Of a DNA stretch of 64,000 nt, positions 39,400 to 52,820 are shown in pieces. The stretch spans positions 68,574,001-68,638,000 of the forward strand of contig CM059432.1 of NCBI GenBank assembly GCA_030390025.1. The letters run 5' to 3'. The DNA is from Squalus acanthias (lineage: Eukaryota). A program made the position numbers and the translations under genes. Numbering within the stretch: the first letter of the stretch is position 1; every line of letters starts with the position of its first letter. The notes under the pieces are model-generated. The model saw only the letters and a list, made by a program, of their open reading frames with translations, did not search any database and had not been told where the DNA came from.

Positions 39400-40292
39400 A
39401 TCATGTTTAAAGTGTAGTGTAAAGAATTATTTATTGTGTTCTACACAGTCGAGTTTACCTTTGTTCAATTCCAAAGCACTTCCCAAAATAAGCACAAGTT
39501 TCAAACAAAACAAGCTACATTCCAATGAGCTATTGAGACATAGTGCTGTACAGGCTTTTAGGTTGTTTAACTTTAGAGATTTGTCATCTGGGTGTGAATT
39601 GGTCATGCTCACATTGTTACCTAACTTGCATAGTCTTTCTACACTAAAGTGAAAAATATTACAAGATTTAAAAAAAACATAAATACAAGAGATGGATTAC
39701 TTACAGGAGCTGAATTAAAAGAATGCCTTATTGTAAATAATGTGCCTTTTTCTTATATTCCCAAAATTCAGTGCAATTAAAGTATATATCATACATACTA
39801 TGACTGAATTACCTATCCAACTGGACGAAAAGGAAATTATAGGGACAGCTTTCCACCTAAGACCATTGAAGAGGAACTATGTGATCTTCCTAATTAATAG
39901 AGGTCATTAATACAAGGTCATCAAGAGCCGCAACAAGGAAACCAATACTTCTATATTTGAAAAAAGGCTTTTATGTTAATATGTGTATATATATTCAAAG
40001 ATGACTACCTGTTTAGGAACAGACTAAATAAGATACATACCCAAGCCACTCAAGGGAGAATGATAAAACATCAATTCAAAGGGAAGGTAAGAATTATGGT
40101 AATGTTAGAGATGAGTAATCTACCTTCCTTCCCCATTTCTTATATTTCATATCACATGGTTAACCACAGTAATGTCTCAGGAGGCAGGAGGAACTATTTT
40201 TGAAGTGCAAGGGGCTGATGCAAATATAGCCCAGCCACTAAAAGCTTTGCATCCTACCAATGAGCAATGGAGGGCAACAAGCCAGACTGCCT

Positions 40293-42245
40293 TTTTTTTA
40301 AATTTGTTTTATGGGATGTGGGCATCGCTGGCAAGGCCAGCATTTATTGCCCATCCCTAATTGCCCTTGAGAAGGTGGTGTGTGAGCCGCCTTCTTGAAC
40401 CGCTGCAGTCCGTGTGGTGAAGGTACTCCCACAGTGCTGTTAGGTAGCGAGTTCCAGGATTTTGACCCAGCGACGATGAAGGATTGACAATCTATTTCTA
40501 AGTCAGGATGGTGTGTGACTTGGAGGGGAACTTGGAGGTGGTGGTGTTCCCATGCACCTGCTGCCCTTGTCCTTCCAAGTGGAAGAGGTCACGGGATTGG
40601 GAGGTGCTGCCGAAGAAGCCTTGGCGAGTTGCTGCAATGCATCTTGTAGATGGTACACACTGCAGCCACAGTACGCAGGTGGTGGAGGGAGTGAATGTTT
40701 AAGGTGGTGGATGGGGTGCCAATCAAGCGGGCTGCTTTGTCCTGAATGGTGTCGAACTTCTTGAGTGTTGTTGGAGCTGCACTCATCTAGGCAAGTGGAG
40801 AGTATTCCATCACACTCCTTACTTGTGCCTTGTAGATGGTGGAAAGGCTTTGGGGAGTCAGGAGGTGAGACACTCGCCGCAGAATACCTAGCCTCTGACC
40901 TGTTCTTGTTTCCACAGTATTTATGTGGCTGGTCCAGTTAAGTTTCTGGTCAATGGTGACCCCCAGGATGTTGATGGTGGGGGATTCGGCGATGGTAATG
41001 CCATTGAATGTCAAGGGGCAGTGGTTAGACTCTCGTTTATTGGAGATAGTCATTGCCTGCCACTTATCAGCCCAAGCCTGAACGTCGTCCAGGTCTTGTT
41101 GCATGCGGGCATGGACTGCTTCATTATCTGAGGAGTTGTAAATGGCGCTGAACACTGCGCAGTCATCAGCGAACATCCCCATTTCTGACCTTATGTTGGA
41201 GGGAAGATCATTGATGAAGCAACTGAAGATGATTGGGCCTAGGACACTGCCCTGAGGAACTCCTGCAGCGATGTCCTGGGGCTGTGATGATTGACCTTCA
41301 ACCACCACAACCATCTTCCTTTGTGCTAGGTATGACTGCACCCAGTGGAGAGTTTTCCCCCCGATTCCCATTGACTTCAGTTTTACTAGGGCTCCTTGAT
41401 GCCACACTCGGTCAAATGCTGCCTTGATGTCAAGGGCAGTCACTCTCACCTCACCTCTGGAATTCAGCTCCTTTGTCCATGTTTGGACCAAGGCTGTAAT
41501 GAGGTCGGGAGCTGAGTGGCCTTGGCGGAACCCAAGCTGGGCATCAGTGATGTGGAGATGCCGGTGTTGGACTGGGGTGGACAAATGTGAGAAGTCGCAC
41601 AACACCAGGTTATAGTCCAACAGCTTTATTTGAAATCACAAGCTTTCAGGGGCGCTGCTCCTTTGTCGGGGCATCAGTGATCAGGTTATTGGTGAGTAAA
41701 TGCCGCTTGATAGCACAGTTGATGACACCTTCCATCACTTTGCTGATGATTGAGAGTAGACTGATGGGGCGGTAATTGGCCGGATTAGATTTGTCCTGCT
41801 TTTTGTGGACAGGACATACCTGGGCAGTTTTACACATTGTCAGGTAGATGCCAGTGTTGTAGCTGTACTGGAACAGCTTGGCTAGAGGCGCGGCTAGTTC
41901 TGGAGCACAAGTCTTCAGCACGATAGCCGGGATGTTGTCGGGGCCCATAGCCTTTGCTGTACAAAGTGCACTCAGCCGTTTCCTGATATCATGTGGAGTG
42001 AATCGAATTGGCTGAAGACTGGCTTCTGTGATGGTGGGGACCTCAGGAGTAGGCCGATATGGATCATCCACTCGGCACTTCTGGCTGAAGATGGTTGAAA
42101 ACGCTTCAGCCTTATCTTTAGCACTCACGTGCTAGGCTCCACCATCATTGAGGATGGGGATATTCATGGTGCCTCCTCCTCCCATTAGTTGTTTAATGGT
42201 CCACCACCATTCATGACTGGATGTGGCAGGACTGCAGAGCTTTGT
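40293..42245 (-). mobile_element. 5'-truncated LINE, same family as 11085-13442
   Basis: DIKAAFDRVWH, PQGSVLGP, FADD motifs and the same 3' tail; carries a Penelope fragment at 41552. Confidence 0.85.
41552..41667 (-). mobile_element. Short Penelope pseudo-LTR fragment inserted in the LINE
   Basis: Flanked by the duplication GGGCATCAGTGAT. Minus strand reads GACAAAGGAGCAGCGCCCCTGAAAGCTTGTGATTTCAAATAAAGCTGTTGGACTATAACCTGG..., a PLE-type 3' end with AATAAA; the same sequence recurs at 52455-52586. Confidence 0.7.
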
Positions 42246-43479
42246 CCCAACCCATTAAATGCTAGGCTGGTAGGGTGTTGGCTTCACGCCCCGGCCTTTT
42301 CTGGACAAGGTATAGCCTTCATAACTTGTCTGTTGTTCCTACACTTTATCCCACTTGCTGCCATAAAAGAGCAAATTCATTCAAGGTCTGGAGATTTGTG
42401 CAATTTATAGTCAAACTCAGGGATATGTCACTGAGGGCAGACCAAATTTCTGTATTGTTGGAATTAGTCTACAATTGTAGTCAGGCCATAACATTCTCTG
42501 TATGGGACTCAATTGATACGAACTCTCAATGTAGCTTGCAACCGGCACTTTTTATCCTTCAGGTTCATTTCCTAGCTTATTGAATCTAAGAATGTAGATT
42601 CTCAGGGTTGAGAGCACCATGCTGGTAATTACTCTACAAAAAAAGAACAGTTTGAATCAGTTTTCAAAGTTTAAATACAGCTGCTCTACTCATACAAATT
42701 ATCAAGGGCAGCTCAGAGGAAAAACTGACCACGCTTGTAGATGGCATCGGGAAAACTTAGAAGCTTTGTATTGGTAAGTACAACGGTTTGAAATATCTTT
42801 TCCCAGAGGAGATTCTGTGGATTCATTCATACATTGCATACATCAAATAAAATGTGACCTGTATCACTAATAAAGCACTCAGTTCCTGGTCTGATGTTTA
42901 TAGTGACTTTTTCTTGTTTATTTTGTGGGGGAAGAGTTCCCGAATGAAAATTCAAGAGCTTATTGTTGGAGGGGGTGGATAAGGGTTCTATTCCATGTGG
43001 GGAGAAAAGTGTGAGACTGCCTCAGTGCTTCTAATACAGGTGCCAATAGCTGAGAATCCTTCAATGACAATGCCTGAGTAATTTGCCTTGTAAAAGTAAG
43101 GGTTTCTATTACTCATACCACATAGACTTTAAGGATTCATTCTTTTATAGCTATATATCATGGCTCATGGCTCTGCACTTAGCTCCATTCAAACTATTAT
43201 GTGCTAGTTCAAGAATGGGGAATGGAAGCATAGAACAGCATAGATATAGCCAAACCACTTCTATTTTGTATAGAGGTCTTAATCACTTAGGCCCTGAAAC
43301 AACAAGAAAGAACATGGTTTTATCAGGATTGAACAGAAAGCTATCCTTGAATAAGCACATTTAATCCTTCTCCAGACACTGCTGCAAAACACAGTGGTAA
43401 TTCAGGAGAGAGGAAGGATTGGTCCTCAGCTCATTTAGAAATCTTATTTTCCTGAGCTTTGACTGTCACTAGAAGGCTT

Positions 43480-43860
43480 AATGTATCTTCTCCCACACTT
43501 TTCCCTCAGTGACCTACATTGGATCCCTGCCCCCAGTGCATTCAATTCAACATCCTTGTCCTTGTCTATAAATCCCTCCATGGCCTTACCCCATCCTATC
43601 TCTCTAATCTCCTCCAGTCCTATATCCCCTCTCAAACTTACCGTTATTCTGAATAAAGCTTCTGTGCACCCTCCCACCCCCCTCCCCTTTGGTATGGTAG
43701 AGTTTTCAACCACCTGTCTTACTTTTTGGAAATGCCTCCCAAAATCTCTTCACCCCTGCTCCTCTCTTTTTATTTCTGTCACCCATCCTAATCTTCTTCC
43801 TGGTTTGGCATCTAATTGGAACACCTTTTTTTTGTATTAATAATATGTAAATGCCAATTG
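43480..43860 (+). mobile_element. Decayed L2 3' fragment
   Basis: LSDLHWIP...FN...SLHGL-like L2 C-terminal pattern; similar to the reverse of 26066-26410. Confidence 0.55.
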
Positions 43861-44397
43861 GTGTTCTTGTTGAGATCATCTATGCCAGCCTTTTATTACA
43901 TGAAAGAAGACCCCTGAGGTCTAATAGCTTTCATTTATTTATAAACATTTCTGCTGAAATAAAGAGCAACAGCCAGCCAGTTGAGCTATTTGTTTCACCC
44001 TTTTTAACAGGTTATGTAGCAGTTGCCGAAGGCAATTTTATTATCGAGCGACAGGAATCTAAAACAACAGCAAACTTTCTACAGTCTAGACAGAACTTAA
44101 AACCTAGCAAAATGGGGACTGTTCATGTGGATCTGCCCCAAAACAAACTTTTAAACAGGCATCCCTATGATTTCTACCAGTTAGTTGATTCTTGTTATAC
44201 AGATCAAAACAAATGCAGAGATAAACATTTTCTATTATGCTATATGTTTAGTCATTCTACTGGGGAATTTTCAGTAAAATGCTTTTGCAGATAGGTAATA
44301 GAAGTATATTCTGAAAACTAATATTTCACTAGTTAATATGAATAGCACATTATACTCTGAAATAGCTGATCCTTATTTTGTATTATTCTAAATATAG

Positions 44398-44586
44398 GTC
44401 AGCCTTGATTCCAGAGTGCGCGAGGTCATCAACAGAAACATGCTTGAACCTACCCCTCACACATTTGATGATGCACAGCTTCAGATTTACACATTAATGC
44501 ACAGAGACTCTTACCCAAGATTCATGAACTCTGCAGTCTACAAAACCCTGCTTCAATCCTTAACTGATACAGCGTCAGTACCTTAA
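44398..44586 (+). CDS. RGS20: Last coding exon of the same RGS gene
   Basis: Acceptor ttctaaatatag|, phase 0 with the previous exon. Translates VSLDSRVREVINRNMLEPTPHTFDDAQLQIYTLMHRDSYPRFMNSAVYKTLLQSLTDTASVP*; YPRFMNSAVYKxLLQSL matches RGS20 as I recall it. Not in the ORF track. Confidence 0.9.
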   Translation, partial: VSLDSRVREVINRNMLEPTPHTFDDAQLQIYTLMHRDSYPRFMNSAVYKTLLQSLTDTASVP

Positions 44587-47200
44587 GACTTCTTGGCTAT
44601 GTTTCTGAAAATAAAAATTGGAAATGTCTGTGGGCTATTACTACTCACAGGGACACTGGAACTATATGATCTTCACCAGAAAGTAATACTCAGGCATATT
44701 TTACTAAGGATTTTAATGTCTATCTGCAGAGGGCTCTGAACACAGGCCAAGACGCAGCTTCAGATCAACACAGCAAGATTCTCCAAAGGATGACTGATGA
44801 AATGTTAGTCGTTTTAAAAGCCTGTAGTTGTATTTTTTACATAAAATAGTAATAAGATGTACTCGAAGACAAGAGTTTGATAGCGGAAGTGCCTTGATGT
44901 TCCTCTAATGACATCCTCACCTGAGCTGCATATGCTATGATACAGTTTAAAAATCTCCTACCATTCCATACTATGACAATGATGCCACAGCCACAATCAG
45001 CATTGTTTCGGGCGGTACTTCCACTTGTCTTGGAGTATATATACTTGATATATGTAAACATAGTGCTGATGGAAACAAAATGGATCAACTTCAAGTATCT
45101 AAGCCAATGGTTTGGAAAAATACTGCCTATAAAACATGTTCTGTTGTAAGACTTCTATTATTTTAATATCAGAGTTTTGCTTAAAATGCAATTTTTTTTA
45201 GTTACAATTTTTGAATGTTTATAAAACTTCATTTTAAAGAATTTATCACCGGTTTTATTTTGCAAATGGAAAACGGACAAAGTGTGGGCATTTCAATTCT
45301 TTTAAAAAATAAAGCACAATCATTTTAATTGACGGTTGTTAGTGATCTGTCTAAACAAAATTAATGTACACAGTGTGATTAATATCCTTTCAAAAGAAAT
45401 ATACTGGAAATGTATTGTGCATGGTACAGATATTCTACACCTTAACCCACCTTCCATTTGGGAGAAAAATTGGTATTGCTCTCCTTGTTCTGCTAGAAGT
45501 ACACCTCCATTTGTCTGATCTCAAAGTGGTATTGACAAAAGTCTTGGAGAAATGCATAACCTGGATCACCTTTCCTTCCCAGTTTCAGTAAACTATTTCA
45601 GGAGCCAAATGGCCATGTGAGGATGCAATGGGGGAAATGTATATAATGCTTTTGAAGTATGCTCTTCTCATTTTAAATCAATTGCTTTTATCCTTTGAAC
45701 AATGACCTACTTCTGAATTTCAGTTTCAAATATGGTTTCTTAAAAACACCTGAAAATGCATTTAGCATATAAGTCACACTGACAAAATAAATGCCAAAAT
45801 AAAATGTATTACTCTTACAGGTAAAATAATTGACAACAGTTCAATTCCACTACAAGATAATAAGGTGTACATGCACATGAAAGTTTTGTATACTGACAAT
45901 AGGGAGAAACCCAATAAAAAAAGATAAATTCACACCTAAATGAGTGATAACAAGTGACATTAAGTAATATTTAGTGAACAGAACCTCCACTAAAGAGGTT
46001 ACAAGATCAAAGTATATTCTATACAAGGCATGGAATAAGTTATTCAGCATAAAAATGCTATGCAATATGAGATACTGTTAATATTTAGCTGCCATTTGCT
46101 GTAACTAGTTAAAATTGTTTTGATAGCAAGCTGCTGCCTAATTAATGTGCTAAAAAAACCACCCGATTTCCATACGTCCATTCATGAGGTTTTCTGTAGT
46201 AGTAACCTGGCAAAAGTATACTTTCTTTCACTTTATGTCCTTGTTAACGCATTGCAACACTTGTAGATAAACATAGAAAAAACCTAAACACAAACTTCTC
46301 ACTAACTATTGAAATAGTTTTCATGTCAAATGTTTTTTGCTGCTTACACAATAAGCATGTGTTTTCACCAACATCTGGTAAAATTATTGTCTGTAAACTT
46401 ATAATGCTGACTAGGTAAAAGGAAACAATTTGATTCACAACATTTATTAATTCACAATATTCTCTGAATAAAATATTTTGGAGTGCCATCTGGTTATATT
46501 TTTGACTCTGAAATAGGAGTGCTGCTGGAGTGGCCAGAGGATTAATATGATCATCTTACCTCTTGGATAAAGATAAATTTTGATTTTCATTGCATTTTTT
46601 CAGTGTTATGGCTAACAGAGCAGGATCTGGATATGCCACTACACTCCAGTGCATTTATTTGGATTGGTATTTGCAGTTGTAAACCACAGCCATCGAACAA
46701 AATGCATTAAAAAACAAAAATAATGAACTAGATGTCCTGCATATTTAAGGGAATTTGTTACATCAATACAAGGCCCAAAATACACTTGCTCTTTGTTGAT
46801 CAAAGCCACTAGACTATAATTTGAATATCTTCTCAATTCGATTTCTGTTTTAGCATCTTATTTTAAAATTTCAGTGCATAACAAATTTGAGCAACAATAG
46901 TTGAGAAATTAAATTACCTCAAACTGTTTTTTCTTCAAATGCTAATCCTTCACAGACCAATGAATAATTCCAGTTACCCAATGGGGGATATCACAAGGAT
47001 AATGTCACCATTGAGAGGTAGGATTTCAGGTAATCCTCTTCCCAGGCCATTTATAAACTACACCTCTTGGTAACTGCTCAGTTATTTTCAAATAAGGAAG
47101 TGGGCAAGATAGTATGCAAGTTAACAGCTCAGTAAATGTACAATTAACTTTACACCTTTTTCTTCCTTTGTACTTCTGAAGAATAAACATTTGAAGAGGA
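44587..47200 (+). other. Probable long 3' UTR of the RGS gene
   Basis: AT-rich, no recognisable TE; AATAAA at 44610, ~45309, ~45786, ~45913, 46467 and 47182. True 3' end unknown. Confidence 0.5.
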
Positions 47201-47630
47201 AAGCCCTATCAAAAAGAAAAAATAGTAATTATTCTCCATATATTAATGAATACTAACATAGCAGAACTCTAAGAGGAAGAATGTACTCTTTAGTTGGACC
47301 CAAGGCTTGTATCCATTACCTCTGTATCAAACTGAATTATTTTCCAGTGGGTAAATGCAAACAATAGTGTTCAGTTACAATAGTAATCCATGTACCGCAC
47401 ATATATATGTAGTGCAAGACTGATCTCAATATTAGCCCATGAGGTTGCCACAAATCCTTTAAATCTCACAGGATGTTTCCTACCTGCTAAATGGTATCAA
47501 TGAAGAGATAGATCTCATACTCTAATCATCAGACAGTATTTATCCCCGCAAGAATTAAAATATTGCCTCAACTTTGATCAAGGTCCACACATTGAGATGT
47601 TCTTTCTACTTCAGAAATATATAGTTAAGT

Positions 47631-48063
47631 CATAGAAACATAGAAACATAGAATCTAGGAGCAGGAGTAGGCCATTCGGCCCGTCGAGCCTGCTCCGCCA
47701 TTCAATACGATCATGGCTGATCATCCAAATCCAGTACCCTGTCCCTGCTTTAATCCCCACAGTACACATATCCCACCCGACCCCCGTAACCCCACGTATT
47801 TAATTCCCCCTAACATATCCCATCCTATCCCCATAACCCCACATATTTAATCCCCCCTAACACTAAGGGTCAATTTTACCATAGCCAAATCAACCTAACC
47901 CACACATTTTTGGACTGTGGGAGGAAACCGGAGCACCCGGAGGAAACCCACGCAGACACGGGGAGAATGTGCAAACTCCACACAGACAGTCACCCGAGGT
48001 CAGATTCGAACCCGGGTCTCTGGCGCTGTGAGGCACCAGTGCTAACCACTATGCCACCGTGTT
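47631..48063 (-). mobile_element. Full-length HE1-like V-SINE
   Basis: tRNA head GGTGGCATAGTGGTTAGC...GGGTTCGAATC; V-domain TGTGTGGAGTTTGCACATTCTCCCCGTGTCTGCGTGGGTTTCCTCCGGGTGCTCCGGTTTCCTCCCAC; CR1-derived tail (CTATGTTT)n. Confidence 0.88.
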
Positions 48064-48819
48064 GCTTACAACAAATTTAATTTAGAAGTGCCATGGAGTT
48101 TGAAGATACATAGCATTCCAGTGGTGCCTGTAGATCACTTATTCCTTTCACTGACATCGAGGTCAGAATGGTGGTTATTTTCCAAAACAAGAATTTTACT
48201 TCTCACAAATGTATTGGCTAAAATTGTGCACTAAATTAAGATTCCAAGCAGGGAATTACAGGATGAACAAAAGCTTCTTTCATAAAGCCTATGATAGTTT
48301 CGTAATGGATCAATAGAAAACTGAAATAGCCACCACACGCATAAATATAAAACGAAATGTCAGATTTTCATTCAGTAGGTACTACAATGTTCCAAATTAA
48401 TATGTCACAAACAGTAGGAGAAATCTTCTTAATCTATGTACCACAGCATAAATTTTAGCATTATGTAATACATCCTACTTTGTGGGCAGATTGTAAGGCC
48501 GATATGGTCTTCCTGCATAGATACTAGGGTGGGAATCTTTACCTTGGAGTCGGGTTGCATGCGTACGGACTGCGTAGTGGATCGGGAACCCGAAGATTTG
48601 AACAGCGCATTCTGCACTGCACATTTCACTCAATGGCCCCAATTAAAACAGTCAAGCGTGTTTCCCAGCCCAATTAAATGGAGCGAGTTTGATGACATCA
48701 CCGATGACTCGTTTTCAGCGCGGATATTTAAAGCAGCCTTGCTCACATCTCATTTGAAGGTAGATGTAAGAGCGCATAAGGTAGTTTCCAGAGCAATAAA
48801 ACTGACAAAACTGTGGGTC

Positions 48820-50666
48820 ATGGAGACCAGACAGAAGGCAGCACCAAGATTCACCGATGCCTCCCTGGAAGTTCTGCTGCAGGCAATAAGAGCGAGATCC
48901 TCTTCCCTGGTGATTGACGAAAACAACCACCCAAAGACACAAAAAGAGATCTCAGAGGAAGTCAGTAGTAGGGATGTGGTCAGGAGGATGTGGATCCAGT
49001 GCCAGAAAAGATTTAATGATCTCATGAGGTTAGGAGAGTGTGATGCTACACTAACCTAAATTCTGATATGCCTGTCACCCCAACCCCATCACTCTGTCTT
49101 CCCAAGCCTACTCCTGCACATCATTCCTCACACCAGCCTACCTTGCAGGTCCACCGATCCCTCTGTCTATGCACCTACTCACATCCCCATCTGACTAACC
49201 ACCACTGACACTCAGCCTCATCCGAATGCAATCATAGCAAGTAACATCACAGAAGGAGGCCACTTGGCAATGTCATGCCACTCCCTCATAGTCACCCTCC
49301 ACAGATGTAGCCTATCCATTCCTTACACTCATTCCATCACTCTCACTCAAACCTCTCTTCTTTCACTCCTTGCAGGAGAAGAGAGTGCACAATAATAGGG
49401 AGAGGCAGAGAATCAGAGGTGGCCCTCCAGTCTAGTCATTTGACTCCAGCAGAGGAGGAGGCCCTAGAGATCTCTGGAGTTGCAGAGCTGCTGGTGGTGG
49501 GAAATGGAGAAAGGGGGATCTCCCAACAACCTAGTGACAGAATTAAATCTCATACAGCCACATGCCATACAACAGTCACTCATATGGTGACTGATGTCAG
49601 CATCCAGTGAAATGTCATCATGTGCATAATGGTAATGTTACCCATTCTTATTATAACACTTCTTATGCATCTCTTTACTCTCCCACAGGTCGATCAATTG
49701 CCCCCGCCCTCCCCAACTGTCCAGCCGCAGGAGGAAGGCGACTCCTCATAGGAAGCTCCAGCCTCTGAGGGTGCACCGTCAGCAGACCCATGCACACCCA
49801 GCACCAGCGCAGATACGCACACCTCGGTGGGTCCTGTGTGAGATAGAGTAGAGTTGTCAACTGGTGTCTCACACATCACAAGTGAGCAAGAGCAGATGGT
49901 GTTGACAAGGACAGCAGTGTTGACTCCTTGCCGGAGGGCGCAGGATGCTCCAACCTCTACTGAGCTGCATGCAGATGCTGAACCTCGGGGTCCATCGAGA
50001 AAGAGGGTGATCTTGGAGGGGCAGCAACAATTGCATGAGGCTCTGGCAGCTTTTGCAACCGCGATGTCTGCAAATGTACAGAGAATGGAGGAGTCCATCT
50101 CCAACATGAGCACCACCATCTCGCAGGCGATGGCGATAATGTGCTGTTCCATGGAAAGGATGGCCACCTGCATGGAGCAGCAAATGCGCCAATCCAATGA
50201 GAACATGCTTGCTGTGGACAACAGATGGCAGACTCTCATTGACCTCATCTCGAGGAAGAATATAAACGTAGACTTGGGCCTTTATCGCTCCACTGATGTG
50301 CAGCAAGGTGCTCTCCAGCTCCTTGATAGCAGGGAAGTGCGGGTGGCCCATGAGAGGGATGATGTTGAGAGGGGACATGGGAGTGGGGGCTCTTCTCAAA
50401 GTGCTCACACTTCTCCCCCGTTGTCTCCCCCTTAGTCAGAGCCCCACATGCTTCCTCGGATCCCGATGATCGAGTCTGCCACTGCAGAGTTGCAGGAGGA
50501 GCGATCTTTGGCAGAGCTCTCACAGGTTCCAAAACCCAGAGGATGTCCGCCAAAAGTGTCTAAGCAGTCGCAGCGGAGAAGTGAGCAGACTGCCTCTACC
50601 ACTGCTGAAGCCACAGGAGTTGCATCACATAGAAGCACGAGGAAACGAATAAAGAAACAATCCTAG
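48820..50666 (+). pseudogene. Harbinger Myb/SANT-like gene, 3 exons, disrupted
   Basis: METRQKAAPRFTDASLEVLL...WIQCQKRFNDL; acceptors ccttgcag| (~49376) and cccacag| (~49688); basic C-terminus HRSTRKRIKKQS*. Confidence 0.75.
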
Positions 50667-51922
50667 ATGCACAAGGGTACGCATGTGGGTGTATGAAAAA
50701 ATGTTAGTGATAAGTTTCAGTTCTATTTATGATGCACATAAATTTATTTCTTCACACCACTTTCCAATCATGCCCATTTTTGCCTGCTACCTGGGAAGTG
50801 GCCTTGTCACTTGACGTGAATAGTGAGACATCAGTTAACCTCAAGCTATGGGGGTTTGGGTGAGACGAATGGCTTGGTCATTGTAGGGCTGTTTTGTGGT
50901 GTTGTTGGGTGGTGGGGGTGGGGGTGATCTCAGTACAGGATGTGGCAGACATATGGGTGCACTGGAGCAAGTTAAGTAAATCGTGCCATTATGAGGCTAT
51001 CCCAGGCCTCCTGGGCAGCAATGTGCACCATTGCTGATGCCATCTCCACCTCAGGTTCCTCCTCCTCCTCATCTTCCAGCCGTTCTTCCTCCTCTTCTGA
51101 AGAAGCTGTGTGCTCTGCGCCTTGCTCCTCCTACAGCTCCAGTCCTCGTTGCTGCGCTATGTTGTGCAGCACGCAGCAAATGACGATGAGTCTGGAGATC
51201 CTGGCTGGTGCGTATTGAAGGGCCCCTCCAGATCTGTCAAGGCATCTGAAGCACATCTTCAGCATGCCGATTGCTTGCTCTATGACACATCTGGTAGACA
51301 TGTGGCTGTCATTATAACGCTCCTTGACCTCAGTACTTGGCCTCCTTAAGGGTTTCATCAGCCACGTCTTCAGTGGATAGCCTGTAATGGAATAGCCATA
51401 TTTCAGAAAGATACACCATCCTATGAACAGATTTCTGATATTATTAATACATGACATACTGGGTTTAAAAATCTGGAAAGCCTCGGCGACACAGGCTGCA
51501 AACACAATACAGGCTTTTGAGATAAGAACAGTTGATAACAAAAGCTGTAAACACCAAACAAGCTTTGAAATGGGAATTGGTTTGTAAATACAAAGACAAA
51601 GGCCCTATTGGAGAAGCAAAGAGTTGGTTCCAAGGAGTCTGTGGTTTGGTACCAAAACAATAGCAATGCCCAAGTAAAGTGTAAAATCTAACACGTCGAA
51701 CAGGTGCACAGAACATTAAAAAAACCAAGTGCCTTTGAAAAAATGACATCAAGTAAAAGAAATACCTGCCGTAAAATAGTTTTATGCTAAACTTAGAACA
51801 AGGAGACATGATTCTTAATACAACCAATTGGAGTAAATAAGAAATGCAAAGAACACCCTAGATGAAGTGTTTTTGATTTACATATTGTAAAAGGTACAAA
51901 CAGAACACTTTGAAGATATAAT

Positions 51923-52820
51923 GGGCCAAAAATTCAGCACTTGCCGGGTGAGTACGCGCTGTGTACTCACCCATAAGGCCTCCTGAAGTGCCGGTTTCCT
52001 GCATGCATTGCGCATGTGCGGGAAACCGGAACTTCCGGTCTCGTGAAGGGAGGGGTTGAGAGGTGAACCGCATGCGCGGGAGAGGCTGCGCGCACGCAGC
52101 AAACTTAGGGTTTTTTTCAGGTTTCTCCGGGAAGGTAAGTATGGAAGAAGCTGCACATTTAAAAAGGAGGCGCAAGACCCGTTTTTAACAAGGTAAGTGG
52201 TTAATTAATGACAATTTGAAAATTTTTTCAACAGGTTTACCTTTTTTAGATACTTTAAAGAAAGGTAAGTTTATTTTTAGCACTGTTAAAAAGTATATTA
52301 ATTTTTTCAAAAATTTAAATTTTTGTTTAAAGTAGTTAATTTATTTAACTTATACAGTAGTTGTTTTAAAAATGTGATGTTTTTTTTAAATTTATTTGAA
52401 GTTTAGGTGTTGTTTTGGGGCCGATTTCAATTCATAGATTTGACAGGTATGATGCGGTGTTGGACTGGGGTGGACAAATGTGAGAAGTCGCACAACACCA
52501 GGTTATAGTCCAACAGTCCAACAATAGTGATTTCAAATAAAGCTGTTGGACTATAACCTGGTGTTGTGCGACTTCTCACATTTGTCAAATCTATGAATGA
52601 AAGATGGTCTGCTGCCATTGGCTCTCCATGGCCCACATGATCCCAGGGGACGCATCGCACTAACTACGCCCCTGGGATACACAAGCACTGCGCACCGGCA
52701 GCTGCAGGAGGCCCAGGAGCTAAAGTCCCCGTGGGCCCAGAAGTCAACGGCAGGCGCGGTAGGTAGGTGCGCGCGCGATCCTTGCACCCGCAGGAAGCCA
52801 GGGAGCCTAATTTCTGGGCC
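51923..52820. mobile_element. Harbinger-type MITE nested in the LTR
   Basis: TIRs GGGCCAAAAATT / AATTTCTGGGCC; AAT TSD; homologous to 27083-27832. Confidence 0.85.
52448..52586. mobile_element. Penelope pseudo-LTR fragments in inverted arrangement inside the MITE hairpin
   Basis: 44-bp perfect inverted repeat GACAAATGTGAGAAGTCGCACAACACCAGGTTATAGTCCAACAG; same sequence as the 41552 insert; absent from the paralogous MITE at 27083. Confidence 0.75.

Noticed and set aside
43851..44294. 147-aa ORF upstream of the last exon
   Set aside because: No recognisable motif; AT-rich intronic sequence, probably a chance ORF.
47985..48063. tRNA gene
   Set aside because: It is the tRNA-derived head of a V-SINE, followed by the V-domain and a LINE tail.
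52448..52586. miRNA precursor, terminator or CRISPR-like repeat
   Set aside because: The hairpin is explained by inverted Penelope ends; there is no repeat-spacer array and the DNA is eukaryotic.
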